A stretch of 45,302 bases of DNA from a virus. The notes under the pieces are model-generated. The model saw only the letters and a list, made by a program, of their open reading frames with translations. It made no database searches and was not told where the DNA came from. Made by a program: the position numbers and the translations under genes. The stretch is taken from IMG/VR virus record IMGVR_UViG_3300021400_000002, positions 1-45,302 of that record; one strand, written 5' to 3'. This document shows positions 40,673 to 45,302 of the stretch, piece by piece. Position 1 is the first letter of the stretch. Each line of letters begins with the position of its first letter.

Positions 40673-41094
40673 TATCCGTTATATCCTCCGAAGCCTCCAA
40701 AGCTTGCTTCATAGCTGTTTTCGCTATTAATATAGCCACTATCATTTGAAGCAGGGTCTGTCCCATAGTTATTTGCCTTTTCGCCTGTGAATGATGCACT
40801 GTCCACATATACCTCAGTGATATAGTGCTTTGTGCCGTTCTTATCTTCGTAGGTTCTTGACCTGAGTTCGCCCTCAACAGCTATCATCTTGCCCTTGCCA
40901 AAGTATTTGTTGATAAACTCGGCTTTTTCTTTCCATGCTACACACGATATAAAGTCGGTGTCATACTCGCCGTTCTGGTTTTTAAAGCCCCTATCCACAG
41001 CCACCGTGAACTGCAGGCAGGCTACACCGTTCTGTGTCTGCTTGACTTCAAGGTCGTTTACTATCCTGCCAAGAACTATACATACATTCAACAT
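40672..41094 (-). CDS. ssb: Single-stranded DNA-binding protein
   Basis: OB-fold N-terminus MLNVCIVLGRIVNDLEVKQTQNGVACLQFTVAVDR...ISCVAWKEKAE. C-terminus ends FGGFGGYNG rather than an acidic D-D-D-x-P-F tip. Confidence 0.88.
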   Translation of the reverse strand: MLNVCIVLGRIVNDLEVKQTQNGVACLQFTVAVDRGFKNQNGEYDTDFISCVAWKEKAEFINKYFGKGKMIAVEGELRSRTYEDKNGTKHYITEVYVDSASFTGEKANNYGTDPASNDSGYINSENSYEASFGGFGGYNG

Positions 41095-41736
41095 TTATAT
41101 TACCCCTTTTCTTATTTGTGTTCTTCTTGTTGCAATGATATCTCGTGAACAATTGTATTTTTTCATTAATTCTGAGTTTGTAAGTCCGTTTTCAATGTCT
41201 TTTTTTAATTCATCTATTGGTATTTCATATTTTGTTCCAATATGAACTGGGATCTCATATTCATCAAGATATCTTTTTACTCTATAGTTACTTATGTGAT
41301 TTTCTTTTGCAATTTTTGATATTCCTTTATGTTCTTCCACATACATCTGAATCATGTCATCTTTTGATAATTTTTTCAGTTTCCTTAATCCAGTTCGTAT
41401 TGCGTGTTCATTATTTTCTTTTTGTGTACACCATTCGAGATTTGTAATGTGGTTATTTAACCTATTTCCATCAATATGATTGATGTAAGGCTTGTTTTCT
41501 GGATTTGGTAAAAACGCAAATGCAACTAAACGATGAATTCTATGTGTCTTTCTTTGGTTATCTTTTATAAGGTCGATTCTATAGTATCCGTTTGTAGTTA
41601 GTGTTGGTGTAATAAAATGTTCTCTACCAATCTTTTGATTATTGCCAAATGTTTGATAGCTTTTCACTCTGCCGATGTTACTTATTTTATAAAGTCCTTC
41701 ATATCCTTTAATATCTCGCCATTCTTCCATCTTCAT
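41095..41736 (-). CDS. Free-standing HNH homing endonuclease (NUMOD4 + HNH_3-type)
   Basis: EEWRDIKGYEGLYKISNIGRVKS (NUMOD4) and INHIDGNRLNNHITNLEWCTQKENNEHA (HNH). Visibly AT-richer than its neighbours; abuts ssb and the TAG-broken gene with 0-1 nt spacing. Confidence 0.85.
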   Translation of the reverse strand: MKMEEWRDIKGYEGLYKISNIGRVKSYQTFGNNQKIGREHFITPTLTTNGYYRIDLIKDNQRKTHRIHRLVAFAFLPNPENKPYINHIDGNRLNNHITNLEWCTQKENNEHAIRTGLRKLKKLSKDDMIQMYVEEHKGISKIAKENHISNYRVKRYLDEYEIPVHIGTKYEIPIDELKKDIENGLTNSELMKKYNCSRDIIATRRTQIRKGVI

Positions 41737-42026
41737 CACTCCTCCTCTAAATAATTACGCCCGAATATCTCCCTGAATTGGTCTATTGACCATCCTTGTT
41801 CTTTCATGGCTTTTTCCTGTCCGTATCTGTGCAACATTGCTGCTGTCTGCTTGTTGTGATGAACGCCGTATGGTTGTTCATTGTGGCAGTAATGGCACAG
41901 ATAAACCACAAGACCGTATTTTTCGGATAGTTTTCTGTTTGCGCCGCCGAAAATGTGCTAATGGTGACGTTCAAGCCCTCCAGCGTGTCTGTTCCGCTGG
42001 CAAATAAAGCATCGTCTATCGTCCAT
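41736..42026 (-). pseudogene. Small HNH-motif Cys/His protein interrupted by an in-frame TAG (41958-41960)
   Basis: MDDRRCFICQRNRHAGGLERHH-TAG-HIFGGANRKLSEKYGLVVYLCHYCHNEQPYGVHHN...FGRNYLEEE. SD GAGGG 8 nt upstream of ATG 42026. The stop sits inside the HH catalytic motif. Confidence 0.6.
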
Positions 42027-42154
42027 CTGCATCACCCTCTTTCGTGCCGTCAAATATAAGCGTGTTTTTAGCCCTTTTGTATGTTCGTAGGGTAATTATA
42101 CTAGGTACACCCCGAAAACGCCACAGCGTGGCTAATTTTGCCCTCACAGGCGAT

Positions 42155-42658
42155 TCATTTGTTATCCCATGCTTGCAACATTGTTTCCAGTTCGCTTTGG
42201 TCATACGTTTCAATGTCGTATTCCTTGCAATCCTGCACTACCATGTCGATTAGCCTTGACATTTGGGCTTTATCATAAGTTGACGATCCGTAGTATAAGA
42301 CTACATTCACGCACTTAGGCATCTTACTTGCCATTCGTTCCGTTTGAAATCCTATGCCCTTGCTTTCCCAGTTCTCACACAGCTTGTCTGCTGCCTTTTC
42401 CAGTACGCACACGGTATCGGATACTCCGCCTATCTCCTTGATATACTGTTTGTATATCTCGGTCTTTTCGATGTTAAGCTTTACTGCAAGCTTATCGGCT
42501 AACGTCCAAAAATAGGCGTTTGAATCAAGGCTTCGGCGCGGTTTTCGCTCTTTTACAGTCACTGTATACTCTTTATCATCTGCAAGCGTATCAGCATAAG
42601 AAGCTAACCACGCCACAGCCTTAATGCGGTCAATTCCTTTGAATTTCAGCTCGTTCAT
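42155..42658 (-). CDS. NinB/Orf-family recombination mediator
   Basis: VTVKERKPRRSLDSNAYFWTLADKLAVKL parallels the lambda Orf motif ERNRSLDQN..LW; 167 aa. Confidence 0.65.
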   Translation of the reverse strand: MNELKFKGIDRIKAVAWLASYADTLADDKEYTVTVKERKPRRSLDSNAYFWTLADKLAVKLNIEKTEIYKQYIKEIGGVSDTVCVLEKAADKLCENWESKGIGFQTERMASKMPKCVNVVLYYGSSTYDKAQMSRLIDMVVQDCKEYDIETYDQSELETMLQAWDNK

Positions 42659-43260
42659 TTACTCTGTCCTGCGATAAAGCACTGAACACAAGCGCCTTTG
42701 CACATCTTTTGCACTTCCCAAGGATTACGAAAGATGCCGTTATCATCTTTTGCACCCTGTATTGGATTGCCGCACACCTTGCAGACTGGAGGCTGCTGTG
42801 TCTGCTGATTACCTGTGTTCTGCTGTTTGTCATACTTTGTTTGTCCGTCTGCATTCCAGTAAACATCGCTTGCGAATCCAAGTGCTTTGCAAGCTACCGA
42901 AATAGCATCTGTCAGCGCCATTTTGTAACATTCATCTGACGTATACAAGCCGTTTTTCTCTTTAGCTATAAAAGCTGAGCCGCCTGTGCCCTGAATCGGC
43001 TTGCTCCATTCATCTCCCACCTTGATATACAGGTCTATATTGCAGAATGCGGATATCTCGCCATTAGCGCCTGTTTCAAGCCACTGCCTAGTGATATCGT
43101 AGTACCAGCCTATACCGCAAGCCCCGAAGTTCTCCGTCAGTGCCTTGATACGCCACATAGGATTGATATCTGACTTGCCTTTGAGCCTGCCTGCTTGAAT
43201 CTGTCTTAGTGCGTTGTCAGGACATTTACGCACTTTTTCGTAGAGTTCCATGTTATCCAT
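42655..43260 (-). CDS. Rad52/Sak-type single-strand annealing protein with a C-terminal zinc ribbon
   Basis: RQIQAGRLKGKSDINPMWRIKALTENFGACGIGWYY. ATG 43260 after GTGAGGT. C-terminus CKVCGNP...CKGACVQC. Confidence 0.7.
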   Translation of the reverse strand: MDNMELYEKVRKCPDNALRQIQAGRLKGKSDINPMWRIKALTENFGACGIGWYYDITRQWLETGANGEISAFCNIDLYIKVGDEWSKPIQGTGGSAFIAKEKNGLYTSDECYKMALTDAISVACKALGFASDVYWNADGQTKYDKQQNTGNQQTQQPPVCKVCGNPIQGAKDDNGIFRNPWEVQKMCKGACVQCFIAGQSK

Positions 43261-43268
43261 ATTGTACC

Positions 43269-43730
43269 TCACTTAATGGTCATGCTTATGCTATCAACGA
43301 GTTCTGCGCCCTCAATGCTGATACCGTCCTTTATAGCCGCAGTGATAGCTACTTTGTCCGGTGTCGGTGCGCTATATCTCAGATAATCATCAGGTATCTT
43401 GTCAAGATTAGTGATCTCGACCTTCTGCGACTTCTTGAAAGAGCAAACAGCCCTTGAAGTCTCGAACCTCTTCCCGGCAAGTTCCTTTTTCAGATAATCC
43501 TTTATACTTTCTGCCCTGCGTTCTTTTTTCTGTCTGCGTTTTGCAAGGGCTTCCTCCTCAGCCTTGATAGCCACAGCTTCAGCTTTTAACTCCTTTACCC
43601 ACAAGGCTAGATTTTCAAGCTTTTCATCCCTCATCATTAAGAGTTCGTCAAGCTTTTCGGGGTCTGCCTCGCCTGTTTCGGGGTCTACGCAATTGAGGAT
43701 AGCCTCATTGATCTCGTACAGTTTCATCAT
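43269..43730 (-). CDS. Siphovirus Gp157-like protein
   Basis: MMKLYEINEAILNCVDPETGE...LENLALWVKELKAEAVAIKAEEEALAKRRQ; located upstream of the SSAP, as is typical. Confidence 0.65.
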   Translation of the reverse strand: MMKLYEINEAILNCVDPETGEADPEKLDELLMMRDEKLENLALWVKELKAEAVAIKAEEEALAKRRQKKERRAESIKDYLKKELAGKRFETSRAVCSFKKSQKVEITNLDKIPDDYLRYSAPTPDKVAITAAIKDGISIEGAELVDSISMTIK

Positions 43731-43892
43731 TTACCTCGCTTTCCAAAATGCGTACACTCGCTCCCCTGTCAAGGCTTCAAAGTATCCTTTCGGGTCTTTT
43801 TCATCGGCTGGGATGAGATATGGTATATACTCGCATTCCTCATCGCCAGCATATAGGCAAGCGAAGGTGTACAGTATCTTATCTTCCGCCAT
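43731..43892 (-). CDS. Small hypothetical protein (53 aa)
   Basis: ATG 43892. Its TAA abuts the ATG of the next gene. Product MAEDKILYTFACLYAGDEECEYIPYLIPADEKDPKGYFEALTGERVYAFWKAR. Confidence 0.45.
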   Translation of the reverse strand: MAEDKILYTFACLYAGDEECEYIPYLIPADEKDPKGYFEALTGERVYAFWKAR

Positions 43893-44097
43893 GTCCATTC
43901 TTCTCCATCATACGGTTGAGCGCCCTTGCAATCAGCATATCTGCATGATCCCCAAGTCCGAGCATCTCATACTCAGCCCTGCTCATCAGTATAGGCTTTT
44001 CGGTTAGATGCTGAACAAACCTGTCGTACATCTCAGCCTTCTTAGCTATCTCAGCATCACGCTTGATAGCCTCGTTTTCGATATCAGGATATTTCAT
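43879..44097 (-). CDS. Hypothetical protein (72 aa)
   Basis: ATG 44097 after GAGGAAAAGAACG. Product MKYPDIENEAIKRDAEIAKKAEMYDRFVQHL... Confidence 0.6.
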   Translation of the reverse strand: MKYPDIENEAIKRDAEIAKKAEMYDRFVQHLTEKPILMSRAEYEMLGLGDHADMLIARALNRMMEKNGHGGR

Positions 44098-44257
44098 CGT
44101 TCTTTTCCTCATTTTTAACGCCGAGATAGTACAGTATATCATCAGCTGTAACTATTTCCTTCCGAACATAGTCCACAACGAACTGTACTTTCGCCTCTGT
44201 CTTGATCAGTTCTTCAAATCTTTCTCTTGGTATCAGTATCATATCAGCGTTCATCAT
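44084..44257 (-). CDS. Hypothetical protein (57 aa)
   Basis: ATG 44257 after GAGGAGGATA. Product MMNADMILIPRERFEELIKTEAKVQFVVDYVRKEIV... Confidence 0.55.
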   Translation of the reverse strand: MMNADMILIPRERFEELIKTEAKVQFVVDYVRKEIVTADDILYYLGVKNEEKNDEIS

Positions 44258-44372
44258 TATCCTCCTCAGTATCATCATCAATGTCTGTGTGCAATGCGTG
44301 TAAGATAATAAGCGTTGCAAGTATCGCAGCGCCTACAGCTTCAAATAGAGGTATCAGTGCTATCAGCATCAT
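44244..44372 (-). CDS. Small membrane peptide (42 aa)
   Basis: SD AAGGAGGAAG-ATGATG. Product MMLIALIPLFEAVGAAILATLIILHALHTDIDDDTEEDNDER (one TM helix plus an acidic tail). Confidence 0.45.
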   Translation of the reverse strand: MMLIALIPLFEAVGAAILATLIILHALHTDIDDDTEEDNDER

Positions 44373-44488
44373 CTTCCTCCTTTTCAGCTACTTCTCGGAT
44401 AGCATGGATATCTGCTTTAAGGCTCTCATCAATACCAGTACCATACTCTTCCAATAATGCGATTAACATATCATAGCCCCATGCTTTC

Positions 44489-44740
44489 CTAGTCATCATG
44501 ATTGATCGCCTCCTGCATCAACTTTTCCGCGTTCTTCTGATACCGCTTTCTTCTTCGTTTTTCAGCCTCAATCTTGGCATCCGCATTTAGAATTGCTATC
44601 AATATAGCTGTAGCGCAGCCCATAAGCATAAGCCCGATTGGTTTGCTGATCCCTGCTGCGATAAAAATTCCGCTGTGAAAGGCTATGCTCCACAATACAA
44701 CAGCCAGTCCAGCTCTTCCTTCGTCAGACATTTCATTCAC
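44489..44740 (-). CDS. Small membrane protein (two TM helices, basic tail)
   Basis: 83-aa ORF. LAVVLWSIAFHSGIFIAAGISKPIGLMLMGCATAILIAIL then EAEKRRRKRYQK. No clear SD. Confidence 0.55.
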   Translation of the reverse strand: MNEMSDEGRAGLAVVLWSIAFHSGIFIAAGISKPIGLMLMGCATAILIAILNADAKIEAEKRRRKRYQKNAEKLMQEAINHDD

Positions 44741-44752
44741 ACTGCTACTAAA

Positions 44753-44776
44753 AACATATACAAAAGTGTATATGTT
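44753..44776. repeat. Perfect 10-bp inverted repeat AACATATACA-aaag-TGTATATGTT (operator or weak AT-rich terminator)
   Basis: On the minus strand it is followed by TTTTTAG and lies 13 nt upstream of the 44740 start. Confidence 0.6.
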
Positions 44777-45177
44777 AGATGATTCGCTACAATCTCACGA
44801 TTTGTAGTTACTGCTTCACCGTGTATGCTTTTGCAGTTACAAGTAACATACTACTCACAAGTTCTTGTACACTCCACAGTCGTTAATTCCCGAAATAGCC
44901 TTCGGTACATATCCATATCGCCTTGTATGTGGCATAATATGGATTTCATCTAAATAGTAGACTCTCCTTTCTTAATATTTTAATTTGCTACTTGGTTTTT
45001 GTAGTCTTATACCATTACTCAAACACAACCATCAGGTTTCTACACCATAGTTAGCAGGACTTTTTCAAACTGCTCTGGTATTTCCTGTGTTTTCAGTGGT
45101 TTTAAGTTACCAACTAATACTCTGGGTTTTGAGTATCTTTGAGTATATTTACTCACATTTGATAATATTATTAGTTA

Positions 45178-45302
45178 CTTAACAAAACCTCCTTTGTACT
45201 CTTCCACATGGCTGGAATAATACCGCGATAACGCCTCAGATACCCTCTCTGTGGCTTTCTCTGCCCACTCGGCTAACTTATCGGCTGATATCCTTTCGGC
45301 GG
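45178..45302 (-). CDS. 3' end of the junction-spanning early ORF (same gene as 1-228)
   Basis: ...SRYYSSHVEEYKGGFV-TAA; stop at 45178-45180. Bases 45196-45302 duplicate 1-107. Confidence 0.55.
45196..45302. repeat. Second copy of the 107-bp terminal repeat
   Basis: Identical by eye to bases 1-107. Confidence 0.9.

Noticed and set aside
42016-42213. 65-aa minus-strand ORF bridging the NinB end and the start of the TAG-broken gene. Similar internal ORFs occur at 42630-42881, 40629-40877, 36823-37011 and 31804-32040.
   Set aside because: All are out-of-frame overlaps within or across better-supported genes, lack SDs and have basic low-complexity products.
44341-44469. Possible 42-aa acidic ORF (MLIALLEEYGTGIDESLKADIHAIREVAEKEEDD...) between two small early genes.
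   Set aside because: It has only a weak G-rich pseudo-SD, overlaps the next small ORF and has no motif support. It might be real but is not supportable from sequence alone.
44893-44955. 32-codon minus-strand ORF (MKSILCHIQGDMDMYRRLFRELTTVECTRTCE) in the 437-nt untranslated stretch, downstream of AAGGAGAG.
   Set aside because: The SD-to-ATG spacing is about 12 nt, which is too long. The product is short and Cys-rich with no support. The region is treated as non-coding.

Overview
This window appears to be a complete temperate siphovirus-type phage or prophage genome from a Gram-positive (Firmicutes/Clostridia-like) host. Bases 1-107 are identical to 45196-45302 and an ORF reads in frame across the junction, so the unit genome is a 45,195-bp circle or terminally redundant molecule. 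A short plus-strand lysogeny arm (about 1.6-4.9 kb) holds a CI-like repressor, a coiled-coil protein, a lipoprotein and a large serine integrase. Almost everything else is on the minus strand. From the Cro/CI switch at about 1.5 kb it runs across the junction in this order: early genes, recombination and replication (Gp157-like, Rad52/Sak-like, NinB-like, HNH homing endonuclease, SSB, replisome organiser with in-gene iterons, DnaC-like loader, DUF1064), small Cys-rich early proteins and a methyltransferase-like gene, a sigma-region-4-like late regulator, a ParB-like plus radical-SAM pair, terS/terL, portal, MuF, scaffold, capsid, connectors, major tail protein, G/GT chaperones, tape measure, Dit/Tal, fibres, holin and a GH25 endolysin. 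Two accessory cassettes (5.7-9.5 kb minus strand, 9.6-11.2 kb plus strand) and a small RHH switch (5.0-5.7 kb) sit between the integrase and the lysis genes. The most notable observations are: (1) a 226-nt ORF-less spacer with a by-eye full group I intron fold splitting the tape-measure gene; (2) a 523-nt gene-free late leader carrying a tRNA-like element and ending in a strong terminator; (3) a ParB-like/SPL-type radical SAM pair in front of the terminase; (4) a cargo operon of Gly/Cys/Gln-rich and C1q/BclA-like proteins; (5) a probable -1 frameshift extension of the major capsid protein; and (6) an HNH-motif gene broken by an in-frame TAG next to a free-standing homing endonuclease. All calls rest on reading the sequence and recalled family motifs. 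No database search was possible, so novelty cannot be asserted.
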